Assembly (NCBI GenBank): GCA_002269645.1
Contig: NIVC01000703.1
Coordinates: 62,001-126,000, forward strand
DNA: 64,000 nucleotides
From: Macrostomum lignano
Taxonomy: Eukaryota
Direction of reading: 5' to 3'
Shown: positions 13,968-26,800 of the stretch, piece by piece
Layout of the letters: each line of letters starts with the position of its first letter
Numbering within the stretch: the stretch's first letter is position 1
Made by a program: the position numbers and the translations under genes
The notes under the pieces: model-generated
Seen by the model: the letters and a program-made list of their open reading frames with translations, nothing else
Told to the model about the DNA's origin: nothing
The model's database searches: none

Positions 13968-15225
13968 AGGACAAAAGAGAGAAAATATTGGCCACTCGCC
14001 ATCATTGTGCAGCCTTGGAAACCGTGAAGGGGTACCGGGCCGTTTGAGCCCAGCCCAATGCCAGCCCAAAGCGACTCCATCAGAATGGAAGCTGAGTCGT
14101 CTCGAGTCTGTAAAGCCAATGCGATCTTCACGCCATCCTGGCCAGTCCGGAAATTGATTTGACCGAATCCTGTGGGAGAGCCGGACCAAACCTGCTCTCA
14201 AATCTGTTGAACTCAAAGCCGACATCCCGGAAGCAAATTATGGAAACCAAAGCCGCCTCCGTACGAGAACATTTTGACAGATTTTATTCGGGAAAATGTG
14301 TTTTCAAAATTTGTGCTGCAGTGCAAAATGGCTGTCAGAGCTCTCCGATCCGGCGTCAGCTGCTCCAAGAAAGGCGGCAGATACTGGAAGGCGAGGGCTG
14401 CAACGCGTCAAAATTGATGGCATTTTAACAAGAAGCAACTAGCTAGCTCGTGACACCATCGAGAATGCCGACAGGCAAATATTTAAACATGAAGCAAGCG
14501 TTAATCAAACTGAGTTGTGAGTTCATGAGTTTTATGAATTCATGAGTTCATGAGTTTATGGGTGAGTCTCCGTCTTCTCGCATGTCTGGCTTCATCTTTT
14601 CTTGTTTGCTTTTTTACCTGCTTGCTGCTCTTTCTCCTTTAATTCTCCTTTCTCCTTTTCTCCTTTCTTCCTTCTCCTTTCTCCTACTTTCTCCTTTAAT
14701 CTCTGATTTTCTCCCCTTATCTGCCCATATCTCCCCTTTTCTCCCCTCATCTGCCCATATCTCCCCTTTTCTCCCCTTATCTCCCCTTATCTCCCCTTAT
14801 CCCCCTTATCTCTCCTCACCACGTTTAGTGCACCAGCACTACTACTGAAATAATTATGGTGAGTAGTACATGAAGCGTGGACGATCTTCAAGAAGCAGAA
14901 TTGGGAAAATGCAGAACGAGAAGAAGACAGCCGTCCAAGCAAATTTCCTGGGGAGTCGGACTGTTCACTCAGGTAAAAATATTGCCTCTGTTTCTGGCCC
15001 GGAGGCTGCGATTCGGCCTTGATGAGGCTTTTGAAGAGCCAAGTAAGAACACGAGAGGATGAAAATATTGATAGGCAGGAAGAAACTCAGGCTTTAATTG
15101 TATGCAGCCTGATATCATTCACCCCGCTGTCTGGACTGCTCCAGTTCGGAATCTGGAATTTCAAATTTGGGAGAAATAGAGTGGCCATGTGTGCGAACTG
15201 AGCGAATTCAAGATTGAGTTCATCA

Positions 15226-16157
15226 GTTCATGAGTGAGTTCATGAGTGAGTTCATGAGTGAGTTCATGAGTGAGTTCATGAGTGAGTTCATGAGTTCATG
15301 AGTTAATGGGTGAGTTCATGGGTGAGTTCATGAGTGAGTTCATGAGTTCATGAGTGAGTTCATGAGTTCATGAGTGAGTGAGTGAGTGAGTGAGTGAGTG
15401 AGTGAGTGAGTGAGTGAGTGAGTGAGTGAGTGAGTGAGTGAGTGAGTGAGTGAGTGAGTGAGTGAGTGAGTGAGTGAGTGAGTGAGTGAGTGAGTGAGTG
15501 AGTGAGTGAGTGAGTGAGTGAGTGAGTGAGTGAGTGAGGGAGGGAGGGAGGGAGAGAGTGAGTGAGTGAGTGAGTGAGTGAGTGAGTGAGTGAGTGAGTG
15601 AGTGAGTGAGTGAGTGAGTGAGTGAGTGAATGAGTGAGTGAGTGAGTGAGTGAGTGAGTGAATGAGTGAGTGAGTGAGTGAGTGAGTGAGTGAGTGAGTG
15701 AGTGAGTAAGTGAGTGAGTGAGTGAGTGAGTGAGTGAGTGAGTGAGTGAGTGAGTGAGTGAGTGAGTGAGGGAGGGAGAGAGTGAGTGAGTGAGTGAGTG
15801 AGTGAGTGAGTGAGTGAGTGAGTGAGTGAGTGAGTGAGTGAGTGAGTGAGTGAGTGAGTGAGTGAGTGAGTGAGTGAGTGAGTGAGTGAGTGAGTGAGGG
15901 AGGAGAGAGTGAGTGAGTGAGTGAGTGAGTGAGTGAGTGAGTGAGTGAGTGAGTGAGTGAGTGAGTGAGTGAGTGAGTGAGTGAGTGAGTGAGTGAGTGA
16001 GTGAGTGAGTGAGTGAGTGAGTGAGTGAGTGAGTGAGTGAGTGAGTGAGTGAGTGAGTGAGTGAGTGAGTGAGTGAGTGAGTGAGTGAGTGAGTGAGTGA
16101 GTGAGTGAGTGAGTGAGTGAGTGAGTGAGTGAGTGAGTGAGTGAGTGAGTAAGTGAG
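15226..16157. repeat. Compound repeat: (GAGTTCAT[GAGT])n followed by (GAGT)n
   Basis: Direct reading; GAGG interruptions. Confidence 0.97.
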
Positions 16158-16328
16158 GGCTTAGGCTCGCCAGCAGCCGCTCTCTGATTGGCGTGCAGGC
16201 CAGAAAAGCCTTTTCGCGCCTCCCCGTCCACCGTGGATTTGAGCTGCTTCTCAGAGAGGGCAATTCGTCTCCTCAGAAAGCAGCCTCTCAATTCTAGTCT
16301 CTCCTAGCCCTCTCCTAGAGGCAGCAGA

Positions 16329-16637
16329 ATGCCATCGAATGCATCTCAGGGCACCTCGGACGGGCTGTTTCTGGCGCTGGTGCTCTCGCTGCTGGCCGTG
16401 GCCGCCTGCCTGCTGGCCGCCCTGCTGACCGCCTGCTGTCTCTACCGCCGGTCCGCCGCCGCGGTGGCCGCCACCGGCCCGGGCTTCACGGCAGCTGTCG
16501 GCTTCGCATCGACACGGAGACACCGGCTGGAGGGCATCGGCGGCGGCGGGGGCGGGGGCGGCGACTCCATGCTGGCCGACCCGCTGGTGGTGGCGGGCAG
16601 CCACGTGCCGGTGATCTTCGATGACGAGCTCTGCTAG
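16329..16637 (+). CDS. Small single-pass membrane protein (102 aa) or terminal exon
   Basis: Hydrophobic LFLALVLSLLAVAACLLAALLTACCLY followed by RR; GC3-rich codons; ctctcctag acceptor 10 nt upstream. Confidence 0.55.
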   Translation: MPSNASQGTSDGLFLALVLSLLAVAACLLAALLTACCLYRRSAAAVAATGPGFTAAVGFASTRRHRLEGIGGGGGGGGDSMLADPLVVAGSHVPVIFDDELC

Positions 16638-16825
16638 GAGGCGGTGGAGGACGAGCCTGATCGGTCAGACTGACATCTGGCCATGCCGTGCTGCCGGTGA
16701 ACTGCAAAGTCCTCTGTGCCCCCGCCTGTCCCACGTATTCTCGCATGTCTGGCTTTACTTTTTCCTTGTTTGGTTTTTTACCTGCTTGCTGCTCTGCTGT
16801 CTCCTTTATCTCAGATTTTTTCTCC

Positions 16826-17715
16826 TTATCTGCCCTTATCTGCCTTTATCTGCCCTTATCTCCTCTTACCTCCCCTTATCTCCCCTTATCTCCCCTTATC
16901 TCCCCTTATCTCCCCTTATCTTCCCTTATCTCCCCTTATCTGCCCTTATCTCCCCTTATCTCCCCTTATCTCTCCTTATCTCCCCTTATCTCCCCTTACC
17001 TCCCCTTACCTCCCCTTATCTCCCCCTTTCTCCCCTTATCTCCCCTTATCTCCCCTTATCTCCCCTTATCTTCCCTTATCTCCCCTTATCTCCCCTTATC
17101 TTCCCTTATCCCCCCTTACCTCCCCTTATCTCCCCTTATCTCCCCTTTTCTCCCCTTATCTCCCCTTATCTCCCCTTATCTCCCCTTACCTCCCCTTATC
17201 TCCCCTTATCTCCCCTTATCTCCCCTTATCTCCCCTTACCTTCCCTTACCTCCCCTTATCTCCTCTTACCTCCCCTTATCTCCCCTTATCTCCCCTTATC
17301 TCCCCTTATCTCCCCTTATCTCCCCTTATCTTCCCTTATCTCCCCTTATCTGCCCTTATCTCCCCTTATCTCCCCTTATCTCTCCTTATCTCCCCTTATC
17401 TCCCCTTACCTCCCCTTACCTCCCCTTATCTCCCCCTTTCTCCCCTTATCTCCCCTTATCTCCCCTTATCTCCCCTTATCTCCCCTTATCTCCCCTTATC
17501 TTCCCTTATCTCCCCTTATCTCCCCTTATCTTCCCTTATCCCCCCTTACCTCCCCTTATCTCCCCTTATCTCCCCTTTTCTCCCCTTATCTCCCCTTATC
17601 TCCCCTTATCTCCCCTTACCTCCCCTTATCTCCCCTTATCTCCCCTTATCTCCCCTTATCTCCCCTTACCTCCCCTTTCTCCCTTTATCGGGGTTATCTT
17701 CCCTTATCTCTTTTT
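16826..17715. repeat. 10-bp minisatellite (ctccccttat)n
   Basis: Direct reading. Confidence 0.98.
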
Positions 17716-18584
17716 ATCTCTTCTTATCTCCCTTCTTATATACCCTTATTCTTCCTTCTCAAATCCAGTGTACTGTATTTGCCTTCATCTCAGCCTCTGG
17801 CTCTATTATACATTTTTAGCCTCAAAGAGGAAGCCTCCTTCACAAAACTGCATCATTGCACAAGTGCTACAAAACTGCTTGACCGCAAATCAATGAACAG
17901 TTAGCCAAGCCCTACAGCTGTCCTATCTAATCGCTGATTTTAGCTAAAATTTGTAAGTCCACATTCACAAGTACAAAAATGGAACAGTTGAAGAGTTTTA
18001 GAAAGCAACATATTTATGAATTAATGCACACGGCTGCCTTCATTTAATCAGTTGGCCAGCCGTCTCCGCGACATTTCCCTTTAAGCCGCCAGAGCACGAG
18101 CGCCACAGGTGAAAATTGGCTAATTTTCCAAAGGGCCGCTGCCTGCCTGTTGCTTTTCCTGCAGCAGCAGCTTTCTCCGGCTGGGGAGGCGGCTGGCAGC
18201 GGCAGAATGCGCGGCGCTTTGAAAATAGAAAATAGAGAGAAGAGACGGACTGCAGCTTGCACAGGAGAAAGGCAGGCAGCCCCCAGCAACAGGGCCTGCT
18301 CAGGCTCCGATCCAGCCGCCCGCCTCCCCAGACTCCTGCAGCAGTCAGCAGTAATTGAAAGGCCCTCCCGCGCGCCTTCCTACCTGCCCGCTCTGCTCAT
18401 CCCCGACGGTTCCTGCAATCCGGCCCGGCCTGCTGTTGCAGCCGCCAGGCTAAAGAGAAAAATAACAAGACAGGGGATTCTGTTGCAGCCGCTTGCCCTG
18501 GCTTAAATAAGATATTTGTAATTGGCCAGCTGAGAGAGGCGTGCGGAGGATCAACTGAGAGCTTACTGAGTCCGAGTTGGATGA

Positions 18585-19040
18585 CAATATATTGAGAACG
18601 GATGAGAATAGATTGAGAATAGATGAGAATATATTGAGAATAGAGGAGAATATATTGAGAATAGATGAGAATAGATTGAGAATAGATGAGAATAGATTGA
18701 GAATCAGATTCAGAATGGATGAGAATAGATTAAGAATGGATGAGAGTAGGTTTGAGAACTGATGAGAATATTTTGACACTGGATGAGAATAGATTGAGAA
18801 AGGATGAGAATAGATTGAGAATGGATGAGAATACATTGATAATGGGTGAGAATAGGTTTGAGAATAAATTAAGAATGGATGAGAATATGTTGAGAATGGA
18901 TTAGAATAGATTAAGAATGGAGAGAATGAATGAGAATATGCTGAGAATAGATTGAGAATAGATAGAATATATTGAGAAGGGATGAGAATAGATTTAGAAT
19001 GGATGAGAATAGATTTACAATAGATGAGAATCGATTGAGA
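18585..19040. repeat. AT-rich minisatellite (gagaatagatt / gagaatggat)
   Basis: Degenerate 10-11 bp units. Confidence 0.9.
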
Positions 19041-19508
19041 ACGGTAGCGAATGGACTGTACTATATTTAGCAGAGTACATACTATACTTAAATCAGAGGT
19101 CTCAGCGGCTAAAGAAACAAAATGCAGAACAGAAGGCATAGCAGAAATGCAAAGTATGCAGACGTGAGAGCACAGCAGAGGCGATTGCGAGGATGCAAAA
19201 GAAGAGAGCGAGCAGGAAACTTCAGAAGAGGCCGGCTGTGAGCCCCGCGTGCAAACTCAGCTGCCGGCAGAGGTGCCGGTGGCACCGCAGCTCCCGCCGA
19301 AGTCTTGCGTGCCGGATTAAATTGCGCTCCGATTCCCAGGGAAATCTGAGAAGGTTGAAAAGCGACTGCTCACTTGCTGAGGGGGGCAGCACTGCCCTTC
19401 TCATTCATCCCTGCTCTTTGCCGGCAAATTCACTGCGCCTTAGGCTGAAATTCATAAATTTTTCTGCATGACTCTAGATCCGAGTTCCTCAATATTGATG
19501 CATGCTCG

Positions 19509-20435
19509 ATCCCGATCCTTAGTCCCGATCCTTAGTCCCGATCCTTAGTCCCAATCCCTAGTCCCGATCCTTAGTCCCGATCCTTAGTCCCGATCCTTAG
19601 TCCCAATCCCTAGTCCAGATCCTTAGTCCCGATCCTTAGTCCCGATCCTTAGTCCCAATCCCTAGTCCCGATCCTTAGTCCCGATCCTTAGTCCCGATCC
19701 TTAGTCCGGATCCTTAATCCCAATCCCTAGTCCAGATCCTTAGTCCAGATCCTTAGTCCCGATCCTTAGTCCCGATCCTTAGTCCCGATCTTTAGTCCCA
19801 ATCCCTAGTCCCGATCCTTAGTCCCGATCCTTAGTCCCGATCCTTAGTCCCAATCCCTAGTCCCGATCCTTAGTCCCGATCCTTAGTCCCGATCCTTAGT
19901 CCCGATCCTTAGTCCCGATCCTTAGTCCCAATTCCTAGTCCAGATCCTTAGTCCAGATCCTTAGTCCCGATCCTTAGTCCCGATCCTTAGTCCAGATCCT
20001 TAGTCCCGACCCTTAGTCCTGATCTTTAGTCCTGATCCTTAGTCCAGATCCTTAGTCCAGATCCTTAGTCCCGACCCTTAGTCCTGATCCTTAGTCCAGA
20101 TCCTTAGTCCATATCCTTAGTCCAGATCCTTAGTCCTGATCCTTATCCTTAGTCCAGATTCTTAGTCCCGACCCTTAGTCCTGACCCTTAGTCCAGATCC
20201 TTAGTCCCGATCCTTAGTCCAGATCCTTAGTCCCGACCCTTAGTCCCGAACCTTAGTTCCGATCCTTACTCGTAATCCCGATCCTTAGTCCTGATCCTTA
20301 GTCCTGATCCTTAGTCCCAATCCTTAGTCCCAATCCCTTGTCCCGATCCTTAGTCCCGATCCCTAGTCCCGATTTTTAGTCCCGATCCTTGATCTCGATT
20401 TTAAGTCCTGATCCTTAATCCCGATCATTAGTCCC
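19509..20435. repeat. 13-bp minisatellite (gatccttagtccc)n
   Basis: About 70 copies with variants. Confidence 0.97.
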
Positions 20436-20964
20436 AACCCTTGGTCCAAATGCTAAAACTTTATCCAGAAATCTATCTTAGAAAATCAGGAAATTCCACT
20501 CTTATAAATATAAATAGATTTGCCTTGTAGAGGCACAGAAATGGTCATAGCGGCACAAAATCGAATTCATGGTTCCGAAGAACGATGCGGGTAAAGATGC
20601 CTATTAATCACTTTGTTAATCACCAGTCTGCCGATCTAAACCAGCAATGGACTCAGATTAATACACAAGCGTATGTACCTCTAACATGAATTCTTAAAAA
20701 ATCCCAATAACTTTATGGATTAGACTTCACAAGACTGATTGCAAACGACTGGGAAACCGGGTCTGATTTTTTTACTTTGGAAATCGCACAAAAAACTTGA
20801 CGCAGTTCAGTCCACTAATTAATAATTTTTTAACCTTGCCTTTCTAGCTCGTACTAACAGTAGACTAGTGGGGTCTTGATGCACGCAAGTTTCGCTGACT
20901 TGAACACTGAAGTATTCACGTGGGGCAGTATGAATTTCAGACAAGGTGGAGAGTGGAGACAGAG

Positions 20965-21242
20965 GATTCCAGGTGAGAAATCGGATTCCAGGTGAGACAG
21001 CGGATTCCAGGTAAGACAGTGGATTCCAGGTAAGACAGTGGATTCCAGGTGACACAGCGGATTCCAGGTGAGACAGCGGATTCCAGGTGAGACAGCGGAT
21101 TCCAGGTAAGGCAGCGGATTCCATGTGAAACAGCAGATTACTGGTGAGACACAGCGGATTCCAGGTAAGGCAGAGGGTTCCAGGTAAGACAGGTGAGTTC
21201 CAGGTAAGGCAGCAGATTCCAGATGAGGCAGCGGGTTCCAGC
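20965..21242. repeat. 19-bp minisatellite (gcggattccaggtragaca)n
   Basis: About 14 copies. Confidence 0.93.
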
Positions 21243-21984
21243 ATCCTATCACCCAATTTGTCACCCACTAAGAGTCGTGAAGATTGGCAAATAAGGAATT
21301 TCCACTGCAGCTCTGTTGTCAGCCGGGTGATCAATGGCTGGCAAAGCTGTGTTTATCCTTGGCCCCGGAGATGACAGCCACCCAGCCTACAGGATATCAA
21401 TGATATGACGTCAGCATCCTTCTTTAAAAGCTGAACACGCGTCCTTGTCATCCCCACCCGACCCGGAGACTGCGAATCTTCAAGCAAGCTTCATCCCATC
21501 CCTGTCACAAATTGCTGCTTTCAGCCTCACAGAAGCAGCAATGGCTGCAGGGGAGCGGCTATCAGCATTGACTATAAATATTTACTCATTTGAAGCGAGG
21601 CCCCCCCCCAAGACTTTGGCACAAACAGACAGGTTGAAGAACCGCGGCAGTTATCGGCGAACACCGCCCGCGTCTTTGTTCTTCCAGACTTAGACTGGCT
21701 CCCCCCCTGCAGCAGCAGCAGGGAGCTCTCAGCAGGCCGATCACCTGAAAATTGGCTTCTTTCAGTAGTCCAAACATCTACCTGTCTGTCTTATTTGATC
21801 TGTCTGCAGCACAGCCTGCCTGCTGTTGCTGAACTTGTTCACTTTGTCAGCTTGTTTCTAAATTAACCCAAATAACAATGGTGCCAATATTTTAATCCCG
21901 AATCTGCTTCTCCTTCCCCTTCTGTGGATTCATAGTTGCCCCGAAAAGTATTAGCAAAGAGCCATTTCAATATCTCAGTGTATC

Positions 21985-22970
21985 TTCATCCTCTCCCGCT
22001 CTTTCCTCTGCACTCTCCGTCTCCGTCTCCCTCTCTACTCTCTACTCTCTACTCTCTACTCTCTTAGCTGCAGGGCGGTCCGAAGACGCAGCCGGGAAGT
22101 AAGTGTCGCCCATTCCGCTACTCTCTCCTCTCCACTCTCACCTCTCCCTCTCCCTCTCCTCTCCACTCTCCACTTTGATTTTTTTACTTTGGAAATTGCA
22201 AAATCCCTCTCTACTCTGCACTCTCTCCTCTCCCTCTTCACTCTCCCTCTCCCTCTCTACTCTGCACTCTCTCCTTTCCTCTCCAGTCTCTCCTCTCCAC
22301 TCTCTCCTCTCCACTCTCCCTCTCCCTCTCTACTCTGCACTCTCTCCTCTCCCTCTTCACTCTCCCTCTCCCTCTCTACTCTGCACTCTCTCCTCTCCCT
22401 CTTCACTCTCCCTCTCCCTCTCTACTCTGCACTCTCTCCTCTCCCTCTCCACTCTCCCTCTCCCTCTCTACTCTGCACTCTCTCCTCTCCCTCTTCACTC
22501 TCCCTCTCCCTCTCTACTCTGCACTCTCTCCTCTCCCTCTTCACTCTCCCTCTCCCTCTCTACTCTGCACTCTCTCCTCTCCCTCTTCACTCTCCCTCTC
22601 CCTCTCTACTCTGCACTCTCTCCTCTCCCTCTTCACTCTCCCTCTCCCTCTCTACTCTGCACCCTCTCCTCTCCTCTCCAGTCTCTCCTCTCCACTCTCT
22701 CCTCTCCACTCTCCCTCTCCCTCTCTACTCTGCACTCTCTCCTCTCCCTCTTCACTCTCCCTCTCCCTCTCTACTCTGCACCCTCTCCTCTCCTCTCCAG
22801 TCTCTCCTCTCCACTCTCTATTCTCTACTCTCTCCTCTCCATCTCTCCCCTCCCTCTCGCCTCTCCCTCTCTTCTCTCTCTCTCATCTCCACTCCCCCTT
22901 CCCCTCTATACTCTCCACTCTCACTCTCTCTCTCCCCACTTTCTTCCTCTCCTTCATCTCCCTCTCCCCC
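21985..22970. repeat. Pyrimidine-rich (CT) minisatellite region
   Basis: ctctactctgcactctctcctctccctcttcactctcc units. Confidence 0.93.
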
Positions 22971-23694
22971 ATATAGAGACGGTTCGAAACGCCATAATTT
23001 GGGGTACTCATGTCAGCTGTCAAGTCTCAAGTCACCCGCCTCGAGACCGGCACACTGACCGTCTTTGTTAATTTGTTCAAAAGCGGTTCATTTGCAGTCT
23101 ACAGAATACATGGCCGAGAGATCCGAGGCTCAATAAAGTATCAAGTTGTGCACTCACTTGATACAAAGAAAAAAAACGATGTCAAGATAAAATCTAGAAA
23201 TAAAAAGCTGCGGTTTCGATTCGGTTGCTAAGGCGGAGGATAACTCCAAGCGGGCTAAAGTTGAAACTCGAAGGAAGCTGAACCGACTGATGCCGCAGGT
23301 GCAGGGGAAGGAGCCAGGCGGCTCCCTGTTCTCCCAGAGTCATAAACTTCAACACCAGAACGAAGGTCTCAGATTTGGGTCACTGATGCGTGACCCCCTG
23401 CCACAGAAGACTTTATGCAGTGATTTGCAAAGTCAGGCCTCAGCATCCAGCAATGATATCGGATTGCGGTGCCTTTCATTCCGTTCATTACAATGGCGCT
23501 GCTCTCTGCTTTATCAATCCGTGTCTGCGGCGCCAGAGACCCGAGCTGCACCGGAACGGCTTGGTTGCTACGGGGTCACCAAATTTCTGATTGTTTGACT
23601 CGGTATTCGACTGGGTTGCAGAAGCTTGACTTGACTATTTTGTAAAGCGTGAAGATTTTGGAGTTTTGATGGTTTTGGAGGTTAGGGATTGTAG

Positions 23695-24020
23695 AGATTG
23701 GGGATTGGGGAGATTGGGGATTGGGGAGATTGGGGATTGGGGAGATTGGGGATTGGGGAGATTGGGGATTGGGGAGATTGGGGATTGGGGAGATTGGGGA
23801 TTGGGGAGATTGGGGATTGGGGAGATTGGGGATTGGGGAGATTGGGGATTGTGAGGGATTGGGGATTGGGGAGATTTGGGATTGTGAGGGATTGGGGATT
23901 GGGGAGATTGGGGATTGGAAAGATTGGGGATTGTGAGAGATTGGGGATTGTGGGGATTGGGGATTGGAGAGATTAGGGATTGGAAAGATCGGGGATTGGG
24001 GAGATTTGGGATTGTGGGGA
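23695..24020. repeat. 16-bp G-rich minisatellite (attggggattggggag)n
   Basis: Direct reading. Confidence 0.95.
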
Positions 24021-24977
24021 TTAAGGATAAAGGATTAATGAAGTCGAATAAGGTGCGGCTCGTGAAGCCTTGTGATTGTGAAATCGGATTTTGTAAATTA
24101 AAGGAATTATTGAGTTTGACCACTCTGACCTCTGTACACGCGGACCCAAATCCTGTATCACGTGACATCAAGCAGGATGCCAAGGCAGCCCCAGTTCGCC
24201 AGCTGACTGACTGCTTTGGCGGCGGGGCAGGAAATTCAATGAAAGACGCGGCATGACAATTGAGCCCCTGGAGGGCCCGAGGCTGCGATCAGCAACATTC
24301 CCCAGGCCCCGAGCCGCCCCAGCAGAACGGGCAGCTCTGTGGGAACTTGGGGGCAGCGGGGCTGCTAATGGACAAAAAGGTCGGCGCCAGGGGAGGCCCT
24401 GCAATGAAAAAAAAGCGAAGGAAGCAACTGGGAGAACAGGAACAACCTGACTTCGGTCGGGGGGAGGGGGCAGGTAATGCACCCCCTGGGGGGTGGGCGA
24501 CTGATAAGGAATCCGGATTTCTCTTGTTGGCCCTCACCGGCTGGGCGCTATCAAGGATGTTCCTCAGCGGAGCTGGCCTGCATCCCGCATGGAGGAATCC
24601 CTTCGGTCTCAAGCCGGTCATTGCAACAGCTGCGGCCACCCGGAAGGAACTTTTTGGAAAGCCCCGCGCGTTCATCGGAATGCATTCTCACGCCCCCCAA
24701 CCTTTGTGCATTCCTCACTTCGAGCTGTCTGTCTGTGCATGCCTGCATTTTATAACCCCGCCCAATTCCACTGCTGGAGCCTGGAGCCACCTGTCCTGAC
24801 CTGCGCCGGGCCTCCGCTGTCTATGAAAAAAATGAAACCGCTGGATCGGACAGGGACCGCTAATTCCATCTGCGCAGTGGATTGGACCGACCAGGGACCA
24901 CTGCAGTCATGATGGAAGTGACGCCAGCCCTAAAAAATGAAGCCCACCAAAGAATAGCATTCTAATGCGACATCTGT

Positions 24978-25232
24978 GCTTTAATATGCACAGCCGCCAT
25001 CTCCTCAGGACCTCAGGGTCCTTTAATATGCACAGCCGCCATCTCCTCAGGACCTCAGGGTCCTTTAATATGCACAGCCGCCATCTCCTCAGGACCTCAG
25101 GGTCCTTTAATATGCACAGCCGCCATCTCCTCAGGACCTCAGGGTCCTTTAATATGCACAGCCGCCATCTCCTCAGGACCTCAGGGTCCTTTAATATGCA
25201 CAGCCGCCATCTCCTCAGGACCTCAGGTTCCT
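24978..25232. repeat. 42-bp tandem repeat, 6 copies
   Basis: ctttaatatgcacagccgccatctcctcaggacctcagggtc repeated. Confidence 0.96.
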
Positions 25233-26016
25233 TCAATCTGTCCAACACGGATGCATACACTGCACTATACATTATTTATGTCCTTATTATTTTAGCGAAG
25301 TTCTAAATAAATCGCTGAAAGCCCCAGACAGGAAGTAAAGCAGCTTCCTCGCTTCATCCTCACCGGAGGGTCCCCCATGACTTCCGCTCCCCGTCCTGCC
25401 TGGCTAGGAGTTGTAAAAGGGAGCAATATTGGGGATTCAACTTCCGCTAACCGAAAGCCTGTCTTATGAGAAACTGACAGCTTCTCGAAAGAGCGCATCC
25501 GCACAGACCCACTGTCACCCACACCCTCTCTCCAAGTTGCCAGGGCCCTGACTTCCAGGAACAGGAAGTGCGGAAAATCGCTGGAGATTCGCACAGAATT
25601 GTTTTGTTTCTGTTTATTTTGAAGTTTCAACATTTTGGTTGCACAGTTCGAGTTTATGCATTGTTGCCAGGCAGGAGCCTGTTGTCTTCCAATTCCTTCA
25701 TCTGATCTGTGTATCTTCCAATGCTCTGCTCCTCCCTCTCTCTCACGTCTAGTTCTCCCTTGTCTCATTATAGATCTTCATTCCTGCCCTGATGTTCTCT
25801 TCTGTTGGAGCTAAAAAATTATATTCGATACATATCGGTGATGGATTTTTTGCTCCACTTGTACCCGGCTATGAGCTGAGAGCTCAGGACGTCTTGGCAC
25901 AGTTATGACGACCTTATAGACAAGTTTTGCGTTAAGTGTTTTCATACCAATAGAAATCCAGTTAATTCATTTTACTGCAATACTGCCCTCCTCATTGGAC
26001 ATTGCAGGTTGATGAC

Positions 26017-26205
26017 CTCTCCTCTCCTCTCTCCTTACCCTCTCTTCTTCTCTCTTTACCCTCTCTCCCTCTTTCCTTACTCTCTCTCCTTCTCTCCTTG
26101 CCCTCCCCCTCTCTCCTTACCCTCTCTCCCCTCATTGCCCTGTGTCTCTCTCCTTACCCTTTCTCCCTCTTTCCTTACCCCTTCTTTATCTCTCATTACC
26201 TTCAT

Positions 26206-26299
<94 letters not shown>

Positions 26300-26520
26300 C
26301 TTACCCCCTCTTCTTCTCTCATTACCCCCCATCTCTCTTTCTCTCTCCTTACCCCCTCTTCTTCTCTTATTACCCCCCCCCCATCTCTCTTTCTCTCTCC
26401 TTACCCTCTCTTCTTCTGTCCTTTCCCTCTCTCCCTCTCTCCTTACCCTCTCTCCTCTCATTGCCCTGTCTCTCGCTCCTTACTCTCTCTCCATCTCTCC
26501 TTCTCTTTTCTCCCTCCCTC
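26017..26520. repeat. CT-rich tract including pure (CT)n at about 26210-26290
   Basis: Direct reading. Confidence 0.93.
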
Positions 26521-26639
26521 GGTATTGCTTTCACCATTGTATCTTCATCTCCAACTCCTCAACTCCTCTAAAATTTCTACCGTTTCATTCTACAAACGAC
26601 TCTATGGAACCGGCTATACCAAAAACTGGCCTATCGCGC

Positions 26640-26800
26640 AGGCGATCGCTGATTGGTTGTCAGCCCCAGCCAATGGCGGCGCAGCCAGAGGGGTTGGCAT
26701 GCAAACGAAATAAACAGCCGCGCTCCGCACCGCCAGCACCGGCCGCGCTCCCCGCCTCTGCAACTCTTGTTTTGTGTTTACGAAGTCCACCTGTAGCAAG
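26640..26800 (+). promoter_or_regulatory. Putative FoxF proximal promoter elements (opposed CCAAT boxes, forkhead sites)
   Basis: ctgattggtt about 26650, agccaatg about 26670, ATAAACA 26710, TGTTTAC 26775; 160-320 bp upstream of the FoxF ATG. Confidence 0.35.

Noticed and set aside
19165-19167. Selenocysteine TGA
   Set aside because: No selenoprotein-like context or recognisable SECIS; the codon overlaps a possible splice donor.
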